Shown piece after piece: positions 39,011 through 51,024 of a stretch of 64,000 bases of DNA. Position numbers and translations under genes: made by a program. The stretch lies in NCBI GenBank assembly GCA_028534125.1, contig CM052817.1, positions 21,640,001 through 21,704,000 on the forward strand. Direction: 5' to 3'. Every line of letters begins with the position of its first letter. The first letter of the stretch is position 1. The notes under the pieces are model-generated. The model was not told the DNA's origin and did not search any database. It was given only the letters and a program-made list of their open reading frames with translations. The DNA is from Lama glama (lineage: Eukaryota).

Positions 39011-40269
39011 AATGGAAGTGATATATGACTCTTTCCTACACATTACTATGGTCACAGCTAGTCACACAGCCATGGTTATTCAAAGAGCCATGTGGAAAGA
39101 AGATGAGAAATCTTTGTGATAACTTACAATGTCTAATGTATTTCTTTGTAGCTGTAACTTCCTAAAATTTCATCATGCCTTGAAATTTCCCAGGAAAAAA
39201 GTATAGGATAATGACATTTTTACCAATAAGAAAAAATTGAAAATTTCAGCATTTTAAACATATATAAATACCTTCTCTCAATGTATATTCACAAAAACAT
39301 CCATATTATAGTTAGGTCTGACAGACAACACTCCTATATCATAAATGAACAAACAGGCACAAAGTAATGAAATGCAATGATTAAAAAACATCTAAAACTT
39401 ACACCCCCCGCTTAGAGGCAGAACAAAGTCTAGAATCTAATCTCCTGAATCCTAATCCTAAATTCTTTTCCACGAGAGTATGTCAAATGTAAATGTAAAT
39501 AAGTGGAAATTCCCACCAGAAGTCACTATTGAGGAAAACCAGCTTGAATGTTCTAATATTTGACTGAAAATAATTAGTTTCATTTGTTTTATTAAGAATA
39601 TGCATTTCACAAAGCATAAGTTATGTTTTATTCTCTGTTTGCTTCCTTCATGAAGTTCAAGTCAGGGCAAGAAAATGTTAGCTTCCTCGGTTGCACCCCG
39701 TTAAAATGCCCCTAATCAAAACCTGTTTTTCCTGGATACTACACAAAATGTCACAAATAAACCTGTGCACCCATTTGTGATAATGTGCTAAGCACCCCTA
39801 GGTAACAGTACCTTATAAAATATTAGAACAGACAGGTCTTTAGAGAACAATTAGACGAAAATTCTCACTTGTAGATAAGACACCTGAGTCTCAAGAAGAT
39901 CAATTGTTTTTCTATTGCTACTCTTCTGGTCAATGTTGATGTGACTTAGACCAGACCCAAAACTAAGTTATATTATATGCTGTGTTGAGTATAATTGAAG
40001 ATGGTAAAGAGACCTATTTGGGGAGCTTATTTTAGAATACTTCCAATAGCAAAATTCATACAGTTTTATTTTAAGAAGTAACCTCTTTGCCACTAATCTT
40101 CTCCACCCCTATATATGTTCTGTATTTCCCCCAGTTATCAGAGAAGAACAAATAAAATTACAAAGCTCCCCTGATGGAAGACCTAGGTTAAGTTTCTGTT
40201 GCTTATGAGAGAAGGCACAAATTCTGCAGTATTTAATTTTGCAGTCTGGTGTGCACGTACTTCTCCATA

Positions 40270-40690
40270 TTCATCAACTAACCTACAGCCCATACTGCAA
40301 TCAGAGTGATGTCATTCGTCTCTGCACACATGATAGTATTTCATAACTCTACATCTTTGCTATCGCTTACCTCTATTCAATTTCCTGATTTCCCTATCTA
40401 ACACTCCTTCCAAGTCCTATCATTTTCCATCCCTCACTTCAAATGATGCCCCTTCAGGGAAGAGTCTCTCATCTCCCTAGGGGAGGTCTATATGCTCCTA
40501 CAAAATATTGTTCACGTAACTATCAAAGTATTTACCAGATTTGAGTGCAATTTTCTCTGCTTCACCCAACAGACCCCTTGAAAGTAGGCACCACAATTCA
40601 CGCATTTTTCTTTTTCCAGCGATACCAGAGTATCTGACATGTACTAGCTGCCTAATAAATTTTGTAGAAGAGTGAAAACATTAATGAAAA
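40270..40690 (+). mobile_element. L2 3' end
   Basis: Pyrimidine-rich body ending 'ccagcgataccagagtatctgacatgtactagctgcctaataaattttgtagaa'. Confidence 0.6.
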
Positions 40691-41379
40691 AAAATGACTT
40701 TCAATGACATAACACTTTACAAATCACAAGCACTTTTCATGTTGTGCTATAGTAACCCTTCAACACATAATGTCCATCTATTTATAATTCTTAGACACAG
40801 GGTTCACATATGTGGGAGAGGGGTCTTTTGAAAGTCTCATGACTGAAGAAAACTGCCAGTAATTGGAAAATGGGAAACATTTAACAAACTCTTTTGACAC
40901 ATCTGTGCCTCCTAGCAACTCCGCCAGTTGTGTATCTCTGCTTCCAAATGGCATGACCACAGCGACACAGCAGTAATTTAAACAAGCAGCTAGTCACATT
41001 TTCTCAAACTGTAGAAAATGAGGATTTTAAGGCTACACACCAATTTCCCTTCGTAAGGTGTTTCACTCATTATGTTCACTGACCTTATTTCCACTGTGTT
41101 AGTTTATATTGCTCTCTGCTTGAGGGGTTTAATGAGTGTGTGAATTCCACTGGGTATTCTGATTACAATAACCCTGCATATGTGCACCTTTTTATGAGAA
41201 AACAGATTACCATGAGTCTAAAAAAAAGGTGTTTTGGGGGTCTTCTATCTGAATTTTACACTTTCCTTCAATTATAGGTTTCTCAACCCAAATTACAGTA
41301 TTTGTGACAAATAAGCTGGTATGTCAAGAATAAATTTATGTGTTCTATTTCAGCTCAGGAAGAAGAGGAAAGAACGTGA

Positions 41380-41560
41380 GATTCTGATTGAAACAACTAG
41401 TTCCATCTCCACTACTTTCATTTTGCTTGACATTGGGAGAGTCTCTAACCACACTTGGCCTCAAGTTCTTTCTGCTAAATGTGGATACTAATTAGATACA
41501 GACTCTGTCAGAATCAAGAAAGAGGACAGATGTAAATGTGCCTTTTTATATGCAAGGATG
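41380..41560 (+). mobile_element. MIR SINE
   Basis: 'gacattgggagagtctctaaccacacttggcctcaagttctttctgctaaatgtggatacta'. Confidence 0.55.
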
Positions 41561-42194
41561 TATGTGAATTTCACAGTACAAAATTATATATGCACATTGT
41601 CATCGGGTTTTGCTAAATCCTATTCAGGTATTGACCTGCTGCCTCTGAATCCAGTCAAGGAATATAATTAAGTAGATCTGACATCAAGTTCTGGCTCTTT
41701 AGTCAGGAGCATTAATGGGTGACATTGAAGTGCTCACAGTAACCTTAACTAAGTCTGGTTCCTACCTTTAGTATTAACAGATTCTGAGAACCATCCCTGT
41801 TTTGGAGTTACAGGATATGAGTACATCTCCACAAGTCAAGATAATTCTTTATTCTTTCTCCTTTGTATTTTTTTTTTTACTTCCACAACTCAAATGTCAA
41901 TTTAATTTTGCCTCTATGTAGAATCAACCTAGTCTTTGTCATTCATTCTGAAGAACGTGTCGATAACCATATTATATGGCAGTCAATAGGAAAAAAAATT
42001 GCAAGTAAAGTGCTGACCCGATTCTAAACTGGAAATCAAGAAATCTTCAGTCTAATATGAGGATTTGCATTTATGTGCTGGACATTACCAAATTTATATT
42101 ATTTATCAAACACCCCCTGTTGGCATTCAAGAGCCAAAATATTCAACTGCCCATACAACATTACAGTTGTACAATACTCATGCAGAATTTGTGC

Positions 42195-42245
42195 TATAAA
42201 CCAGAAATTGACACAGCATTATAAACTGACTCTACTTCAATAAAA
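42195..42245 (+). mobile_element. Very short L1 3' terminal fragment (artiodactyl type)
   Basis: 'tgtgctataaaccagaaattgacacagcattataaactgactctacttcaataaaa' resembles the 3' termini of the L1s at 4280-4330 and 47455-47510. Confidence 0.7.
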
Positions 42246-45200
42246 CTTAGAAATCACCATTCTAAACTAACAAAAAGTGAAAAAGCTGAACAAACTGAAA
42301 AACCAACAATTCTTTTTAGATCTGTCAGAAAAGTAAGGCCAATCACTGCACAAAAAAATTGGAGATACAAACAGGCCATTACAGAGAATCACAACTTTTA
42401 AGAGCAGAAACTTATCTAGGAACCAGTGCTGGGGTAGAAAAACTTGAACAGTAATTGACAAATTGCAGAAGGCTCAGTATGGACAACTCTGAGTGTTAAA
42501 AACTCCAGGGGAACTCTGTCAAGGAGGCCCCTAGGCTTTTGTGAGATTTACTCCAGAAGATTTACCAGGTCCTCACAGTGAATATGGGGGAAAAATTCCC
42601 TCATGCTTCTGGCAGGGGTATGAAAAAAATAACCTTTTAAAAATACTCCAGAATATTCTGCTCTTAAAAAGGCCTGTCTGTAGGACAAACTATTTTACCA
42701 AAATCCAACCTGCAAGGGTTTTATCAGAGCCTAACTTACCTGGTAGAAGGGAAATACTAAACTCCATAAAGGGTATTATGTACAAATTTAATAACCCAAT
42801 GAAAAGGAATGAATTCTTAAAAGACACAATCTGCCAAAATTCAGACCAGAAGAAGCAGAGAATCTGAATAGGACTATATTGATTAAAGACACTGAGTCAA
42901 TAATTGAAACCTTCCAAAATAGAAAGCACCAAGCCCTGAGAGGTGAATTCTACCAAATATTTAAGGAAAATATTCTCACAATCTCTTCCTGAATATAGAA
43001 ACAGAGGGAATATTTCCTAACTTATCCTATGAGGCCAGCATCACCCTAATACCAAACCAGACAAAAACATTACAAGAAATGAAAACCACAGACCAATATC
43101 TTTCATAAACATCGATGCAAACATCTTCAACAAAATATTAGCAAACTGAATTCAACAATGTATGAAAACAATTATAAACCACAACCAAGTCAAATTTGCA
43201 CTTGGAAATGCAAGACTGTTTAAAAATTTGAAAATCAATTAAGGTAATCCATCAAATCAATATACTAAAAAAGAAAAAATATCATAGTCTTACCAATACA
43301 TGCAGAAAAAACATTTGACAAAATCCAATACTGATACATCCTTAAAACTCACAGTAAATTAGTCATAGAGGGAAACTTCCTCAACTTAATAAGGAACACT
43401 TACAAAAGCCCTGTAGTTAGTATTGTAGTTAATCATGAGAATCTCAAAGCTTTCCTATTAAGATCACAAAAAAGGCAAGGATATTTTCTCTCATTATTGC
43501 TTTTCAACATCATACTGAAAGCCCTAGTGACACAATTAGAAAAGAAATAAAAGTTACATGGATTAGAGAAAAAAATAAAATCGTCTTTGTTCGCAGATGA
43601 CACAACGGTGTATGGTAGAAAGTCTGAAAGAACTGATTTTCAAAACCTCCTGAAACTAATAAGCAATTATTACAAGGTTAAAAGAGACAAAGTTAATATA
43701 TAAAGTCTTTTGCTTTCCTATATAGTAGCAATAAACAAGTGGAATTTGAAATTAAAAGCATAATACCATTTACATGAGCACCCCAAATATGAAATACTTT
43801 GGTATAATTTTAATATAATGTGTACAAGGTCTATATACAGAAAACTACAAAACTCTGATCAAAGATATCAAAGAAGAACTAAGTAAATATGGAGATGGCC
43901 CACGTTCATAGAAAGAACAATTCAATATTGCCAAGATGTCACTTCTTTCCAAGTTAATCTATATATTCAACACAGTCACAATCAAATTTGCATTTTGTTT
44001 TCATGGATATCAGCAAGCTAATCCTAAAGTTTACATGGAGAGGCAAAAGGCCAAGAATAGCCATTCAATAGTCAAAGGACTGACATACTCTAAGATTTAC
44101 CAAAAAGCTACAGTAATTAAGGCAGTATAGTTTTGTCAAAACAAAACAAAACAAAACAAAACAAAACTAGTATTTCAATGGTACAGAACAGAGAGCCCAG
44201 AATAGACCCACATAAATACAGTCAACTAATTTTTCACAAAGCAGGCAATAAAATGGAGCAGAGATAGTCCTTCTAGTAAATGGTGATGAAACAATGGATA
44301 CCCACACATAAAAATGAATCTAGAACAGAACTTCTATCTTTCACAAAAATGAATTCAAAATGGATCATAGACTTATATGTAAACTATAAAACTATAAAAC
44401 ACCTAGAAAACAACAGGAGAAAATCTATACAACCTTGAGTATACAATGACTTTCTAGATACACAACAGGTATGAGCCATGAAGGAAATAATTAATAAATT
44501 GGACTGCATTAAAATTTAAAATTCCTGCTTTGCAACAGAATATGAGATACAAACCACAGACTGGGTAAAAATATTTGTAAAAAGCACAGCAGGTAAAGAA
44601 CTGTTATTCAAAATATACAAAGAATTCTTAAAACTCAAAAATAAGAAAACAACCAATTTTAAAAAATGGACTAAAGCCCTTAACAGAGCACTCACCAAAG
44701 AAGATGTACAAAAGGCAAATAAGGATATGAAAAGATGCTCCATATCATGTTATTAGGATACTGCAAATTAAATCAACATTGAGATATCACTACACAGCTA
44801 TTAGAATGGCCACTGTCCAAAACAGTGACAACACCAAATGCTGGGGAGGGTGTGGAATAATGGGAACTCTCATTCATTGCTAGTCGAAATACAAAATAGT
44901 ACAGCCACTTTGGCAGACAGGTTGATAGTTTCTTAGAAAAGTATACATGCTCTTACCAGAGGATCCAGGAATTCTGTTCCTTGATACTTACCAAAAGGAA
45001 CTGAAAACTTATGCCCACACAAAAACCTGCACACGGATGTTTATAGCAGCTTTATTCATACTTGCCAAACTTAGAAGAAATCAAGATTCCTTCAGGAGGT
45101 GAATGAATAAATAAACTATTGTACATTTAGAAACACAGTATTATTCAGCATTAAAAATAATGAGATATCAAACCACAAAAAGATATGAAGAAAACTTAAA

Positions 45201-45299
45201 TGCATATTACTAATTGAAATAATCCAATCTGAAAATGCTACATTCATACTGTATGATTCCAACTATTTGTCACTGTGGAAAAGGCAAAACTATGGAGAA
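42246..45299 (+). mobile_element. L1MC1-like element: 5' UTR (42246-~42765) joined to the ORF2 RT/C-terminal region and 3' UTR; runs into the gap
   Basis: Decayed ORF2 with FADD motif (ttcgcagatgac, 43590-43601). The 3' end 'aaaacttatgcccacacaaaaacctgcacacggatgtttatagcagc...ggaaaaggcaaaactatggaga' is typical of L1MC1. Contains (AAAAC)n at ~44138-44167. Confidence 0.88.
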
Positions 45300-45799
45300 N
45301 NNNNNNNNNNNNNNNNNNNNNNNNNNNNNNNNNNNNNNNNNNNNNNNNNNNNNNNNNNNNNNNNNNNNNNNNNNNNNNNNNNNNNNNNNNNNNNNNNNNN
45401 NNNNNNNNNNNNNNNNNNNNNNNNNNNNNNNNNNNNNNNNNNNNNNNNNNNNNNNNNNNNNNNNNNNNNNNNNNNNNNNNNNNNNNNNNNNNNNNNNNNN
45501 NNNNNNNNNNNNNNNNNNNNNNNNNNNNNNNNNNNNNNNNNNNNNNNNNNNNNNNNNNNNNNNNNNNNNNNNNNNNNNNNNNNNNNNNNNNNNNNNNNNN
45601 NNNNNNNNNNNNNNNNNNNNNNNNNNNNNNNNNNNNNNNNNNNNNNNNNNNNNNNNNNNNNNNNNNNNNNNNNNNNNNNNNNNNNNNNNNNNNNNNNNNN
45701 NNNNNNNNNNNNNNNNNNNNNNNNNNNNNNNNNNNNNNNNNNNNNNNNNNNNNNNNNNNNNNNNNNNNNNNNNNNNNNNNNNNNNNNNNNNNNNNNNNN
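45300..45799. other. Assembly gap, exactly 500 N
   Basis: N run counted directly. Confidence 0.99.
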
Positions 45800-46112
45800 T
45801 GTAATTTCTCCATTTTCCTTTCTTATTTTGCCTATTTGTGCTCTCTCTTTTTTCTTCTTTGTGAGTTTGTCCAGAGGTTTGTCGATTTTATTTACTTTTT
45901 CAAAAAACCAGCTTTTGGTTTGGTTGATTTTTTCTATGGTCTTGTTAATCTCTATTGTATTTAATTCCTCTCTGATCTTTATTATTTCCTTCCTTCTGCT
46001 GCTTTTTGGGGCTTTTTGTTCTTATTTTTCTAATTCATTCAGGTGGTGGGTTAAATTGTTTATTTGAGACTGTTCTTCTTTTTTGAGGAAGGCCTGTATC
46101 GCTATAAACTTC
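45800..46112 (-). mobile_element. Young L1 ORF2 fragment (post-endonuclease region), antisense
   Basis: Minus strand translates KFIAIQAFLKKEEQSQINNLTHHLNELEK*EQKAPKSSRRKEIIKIREELNTIEINKTIEKINQTKSWFFEKVNKIDKPLDKLTKKKKERAQIGKIRKENGEIT. This is L1 ORF2 with one stop and no frameshift. Confidence 0.92.
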
Positions 46113-46208
46113 ACAAGGGCAAGGATTTTGTCTCTTTGTTTCCAGCTTTATTTCCAGTGCCTAGAACAATGTCTGACACTATCTTGCTATATATGTTAAA
46201 TGAATTAA
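46102..46208 (+). mobile_element. L2 3' terminal fragment
   Basis: 'ctataaacttcacaagggcaaggattttgtct...ccagtgcctagaacaatgtctgacac...atatgttaaatgaatt'. Confidence 0.75.
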
Positions 46209-46399
46209 CAGTTCAAAAACAGTATGGGTTCATATGCTCTAATTGTGGCATCTGGAACTCTGGAAGATGAGCATGGATGCAAGAGTGGTTTAATATAGAA
46301 ATTTTCCTGTAAGTAGGGAGAATTCCAAAGCTTGAAAAATTAGTAGAGCTTTAGAAGACAGAGCAGTGGGGATACAGCTCTTAGACAAAAGAGTCATTC

Positions 46400-46885
46400 T
46401 GAAACCAAGGAGGTGAGAGATAATGTGATGGAGAAGAAATTAATGGAAAGTGATGGAGAGAGAATGGAAATTATCAAAAGCCAGATCACAAAGGACTCTG
46501 GATGCTGACCTGTTTAGAGCCTAAAAGCTACAAAGAGCCATTGTAGATTTTTAAATGGGAAAAGGGATACTATCTGATTTTTATATTTGAAAAATAATTC
46601 CTTAGCTAGAAAGAGGAGTGACTGGAGAGGAGCCAGACTGGAGATAGACAGAATGACAAGGTGGCAGTGTAGCAAGAGAGAGCCTGGACTAAGGCAGACA
46701 GTGTCAGTGGGGATGAAGAGAAGCAAAATAACCACTGAGATGGTAAGAAGATATAATCTATAAGACTTTATGAGTTAATCAAGGTGATGGCAGTGTGAGA
46801 GGAATCAAGGATGACTCTGGGTTGACAGCTTGGCAAGCAACTTGATGATGATACCATTCACTGAGAGAAGAAATACAGTAGAATA
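46400..46885 (-). mobile_element. L2 fragment
   Basis: 'gccagatcacaaagg...agagccattgtagattttta...atctgatttttatatttgaaaa...gaggaatcaaggatgactc...gataccattcactgag'. Confidence 0.8.
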
Positions 46886-47089
46886 AAAGACTTTTTAAAA
46901 TAAAATAATTCAGAAAACCTACATGTGTCCTCTAAAACTTAGAAGACAAAGGGAATTGCACTTGATCTGTGTCTGACAATTTCCAAAGACAAACTATTAT
47001 TTCATTGATGATAGCGGAGATGTGGGCATTTGCCATGGAGCCATTTGGGGACCCTCTGACAGCAGTCTTTAAGTAATATTGAAAGATAC

Positions 47090-47566
47090 ATGTTGCTGCA
47101 AATGGCAACATGGATATTCCTGGAGAATGTCATTCTAAGTGAAGTAAGCCAGAAAGAGAAAGAAAAATACCGTATGAGATCACTCATATGTGGAATCTAA
47201 AGAAAAAATAACATAAATACAAACCAGATACAGATTCATAGAAATAGAATACAAACTTGTGGTTGCCAAGGGGGAAGGGGATGGGAAGGGACAGACTGGG
47301 AGTTCAAAATTTGTAGATAGTAACAGGCATGTGTAGAACTGATAAACAAGATTATACTGTATAGCACAGGGAAATATATACGAGATCTTGTGGTAGCTCA
47401 CAGTGAAAAAAAATGTGACAATGAATATGTGTATGTTCATGTATAACTGAAAAATTGTGCTCTACACTGGAATTTGACACAACATTGTAAAATGACTATA
47501 ACTCAATAAAAAGAAGTTTAAAAAAAAGAAAGAAAAGGCAAGTGAAAAATGAAGGAAAAAAAAAAA
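47090..47566 (+). mobile_element. Young 5'-truncated L1 (camelid L1-Vpa-like) with 5' micro-inversion, extra 3' segment and 9-bp TSD
   Basis: TSD gaaagatac at 47081-47089 and 47567-47575. Body is similar to 3932-4340. AATAAA at ~47505 and an A-rich tail. Confidence 0.92.
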
Positions 47567-48889
47567 GAAAGATACTTAGCTAAGAGTACTTCTTGCCAGC
47601 AGTAAGGAAAACTCATTAGAAAGAGGCTGAAGGTATAGACCTGTGGTGAGTTTAAGGAAGTCAGGAAGAAGTACTGCTCATGCCAGGAAATTGAAAGCAG
47701 AGGTCCCCAGTGGTATGGGAGGATGAGAGAACCTCTGAAGAATTCCATGAAAATTATTTTCATGGGACAAAGAAAGAGTACCAAAATGCTGGATTAGTAC
47801 TGCTCCAGTGCAAACATACAACTCCCAAGTTGTGAGTAAAATACAGTTTTATTTATTTATAAAATTATTTAGCCTCCCACTGTCACATTAAAATTTATTC
47901 ATGAAAGTAATCTCTATGCCACTGGATGAAAACTTCCCAAACTCTTAGGCAATAAACAATGCTATTCCCTCTTTGATGCAGAGTCTCCATCCTGAAACTA
48001 GATATATTATCCTGCTGAAGAGAGTAATCAATAATTATTTAATTATAAGAAATCTCCCAGTAATCACACCCTCATCCCCATACCCTGAAATTGGTAGCTC
48101 TTGGCATTTGAGGGAGGAGTATATAATCTTTCTGCTGTCTCCCCCTGATTCTGGTTACATCTTCTCCTGTAGTAGGTGGATGAGATGAGGTGTAGACTGC
48201 ATGATTGCTAGTGGTTAAAACAGCTTATTTTTTATATTCAGAAATTCCAAACTCTGGGCATCTCTTACTCTTATTAAGGGTGAATGCATTTCTATTTTAA
48301 GTGCTTGTTCAGTCCCCAATATTTCAGCTTTCACTAGCAGTTTCCTGATGCTGGAGTCTCTCCACTTCTCTCATTGAATTTTGTATAGGAAACTACAGAC
48401 TCTCACACCAGTTTTATCTCTTGCAGGTTCACCTCTGATTCTCAGAAAATACTAACACATTTCCTGAATCAACAAATTCTGAGAGAACTTGCCCATCTCA
48501 ATCAGCTTACATTTTACTCTCATGTGTTGCCAGTGGCTGTCAGCCCCCAGTCCAAGGTGACCCCCAAGTTCCGGAAAACAAAGTAAGCTCTCTGAAACAA
48601 ATTAAAGAGGTGACTTGAAGAAGAGAACTTTGAACTTTGGGAAGCCAGATTTTAAAAAATAATAATAATAAAGACTAGTATCTGCTGAATAGGCATCTAA
48701 AATAAGGGGCACAGTATCTAAAATTTCTAATACACTTCCCTTAGATTATTGTAACTCACAGTAGAGTTTGAGTGAGATTAGCTTATCCACAGCTTTCCCT
48801 TTTTCTCTCCTTTAAAAAGAAATTCACTTATCTCTTCATTTGTCATCAGTTTTAAGACACATAACAACAACAACAACAAAATGGTGCAT

Positions 48890-49349
48890 ACAATGTGGTC
48901 CCTTCGGACATCCTGTCTCCTGTTACTGAGTAATTTCTAGAGCTAGTCACATAGGTAAGTAATTAACCAAGAGAACAGCAGCATGACTATCATAAAATTA
49001 CTTATTCCCAGTGGGTAGGTGACTGGCTTCTTGCAATTTCCTACAACGTTTGCTACTTTCTTAAAATAAGTGCTTGGCCTTTGGACATGAGTTCTTCATT
49101 TGTGACAGAAACCCCCTGCATAAACAGTGCCCACCTGGGCCCAATGTCTCACCCAAGGGGGACCTGTGGGCGAGGGAAAACAATGCAAATATGCTGATAT
49201 CTGTGTCATCTGCTAGGCTGTGAGTAATCACTTCCTTTGTCTCTGATCCAGAGGTCTTGCATTTTCTCTCAGAATCCACAAAACTGCTAAGCTAAATTTG
49301 TAGCTTAAGAAGTAGGGTGAAAAATCTCAGAAATTTTAGAGTTCCTGAT
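48890..49349 (+). mobile_element. ERVL-type LTR (MER74/MER73/MER54 group)
   Basis: 3' end 'tcctttgtctctgatccagaggtcttg...gtagggtgaaaaatctcaga...agttcctgata' is typical of this group. 5' boundary approximate. Confidence 0.65.
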
Positions 49350-49463
49350 ATACTCCTTAACCAGTATGAATAAAAGGCTATTTTCAGATTGAGATTAAAA
49401 ATTTTGAGTTCACTTCTCAGATAAATCCACAAAAACAAAAACTGTTATATAAAGTTTAAGCAA

Positions 49464-49936
49464 TGTGTTAGCTTCTTATTACTCTGTGACTAATTACCAC
49501 AAAAGCACAGCGGCTAAAAGAACATAAATTTATTAGCATATAGTTCAAGAAGCCAGAAGTCCAAAATTAATCCCAATAGGCTAACGTCAAGGCATTGGCA
49601 ATTTAGAGACTCTTGAAGTGAGTTGGATTTTTTGCACTTTCTAGTTTCTAGGGGCTGTCCTGATCCTTGGGTCATGGCCTCTTGTTCACAGTTAAATCAC
49701 TCCAACCTCTGTCTCTGTAGCCATATTTCCTACTTCTCACTCTGACCTTCTGCCTTTCTCTTATAAGGATCCTTGTGATTACACTGGGCCTGGATAATCC
49801 AGGGTAATCTTCCCAACTCAAGATCCATAACTCAATCACATTTGCCTAGTTCCTTTGCATTGTACGACAACATCTTCACAGGTTCTGGAGATTAGGACAT
49901 AGACAATTCTGAGGGGCCATTATTTAGTCTACCACA
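49464..49936 (-). mobile_element. MaLR LTR, MLT1C-like
   Basis: 'cttataaggatccttgtgattacactgggcctggataatccagggtaatct...cacaggttctggagattaggacatagaca...gaggggccattatttagtctaccaca'. Confidence 0.88.
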
Positions 49937-50660
49937 AGGTATTCAAGTCTGCTCTGGGCCCCATAGTGGTCGAAACTAGATCACACAGAGAAAATTTAAA
50001 GAGAAATCCTTAGGGAAGTCACAGACCTTTCCAGGGGGCCTGAGGTTCTAAGAATAAGAAATAAAGCTTTATACACAGGGACTCAGAGCATAATCAGGAC
50101 TTAGCTGCATCATATATAACACAGCATCATGAAGGAAACTGTGATATTTTACCCACAGCACTAGAGATAGGATAGACATATGATCACAAGAATCTGAATT
50201 CTATCCATATGGGTACTTGTGTGTTCTCGATGAGACTATGTAACCTATGTTTTCTAACCTAATTGGTTCATCTATTAAAAGGAATCAATACCTCTGACTG
50301 AACTTTTATGAGAAGCAATTTGGTAAAAACACATTATTAATTATAATGTTAAGCAAATACATAATTTGTTTCGTGGTATTTCAGTATTATAATTTGGTTT
50401 AGAATTTATTTCTATTATGTATTACATTGTTATGGAAAGAAATACTACTGTAAATTATAATCAATATCTAAATTGATAATGTAATCTTTAATTTAAAAGT
50501 TATTGAAGTCTCTGGTTCATATTTGTGGTGTGGAAACAATTATTTTTTAGAAATATTCAATATTCAGTTTTAATAAAATCATTTTATAGGATATTCAAAA
50601 TATACAGAGGACAGTAAAACAAAGAATTATATTACAAATAATATTTGCAGACTCCCTTCA

Positions 50661-51024
50661 TGTTACAGATAGAATATCTATGCCCCCTTAAAGAACTCAG
50701 ATGTTGAAATCCTAACTCCTAGTGTGACGGTACCAGGATATGAGGCTTCTGGGTGGTGATTAGGGCACAAGGGCAGAGCCCTCATGAATGGAATGAGTGT
50801 CATTTTAAAAGAGACCCCCGAGAGGCCTCTTGCCCCTTCCACCATGTGAGGACATAACAGAATGTCATCTCTGTATTAACCACAAAGTAGACAGCACTAG
50901 ACACTGAATCTGCCAGTGCCCTGATCTTGGACTTCCCAGCCTCTGAAACTGTGAGAAATTATATTGCTTTTAAGCCACGCAGTCTATGGTATTTTTGTTT
51001 TAGCATCCTAAGTGGACTAAGACA
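50661..51024 (+). mobile_element. MaLR LTR, MLT1A-like (full length)
   Basis: 'tgttacaga...atgttgaaatcctaac...gcagagccctcatgaatgg...gatcttggacttcccagcctc...ggactaagaca'. Confidence 0.9.

Noticed and set aside
45235..46067. ORFs of 189-266 aa with hydrophobic, membrane-like tails
   Set aside because: N gap plus the antisense strand of A-rich L1 ORF2; not a membrane protein.
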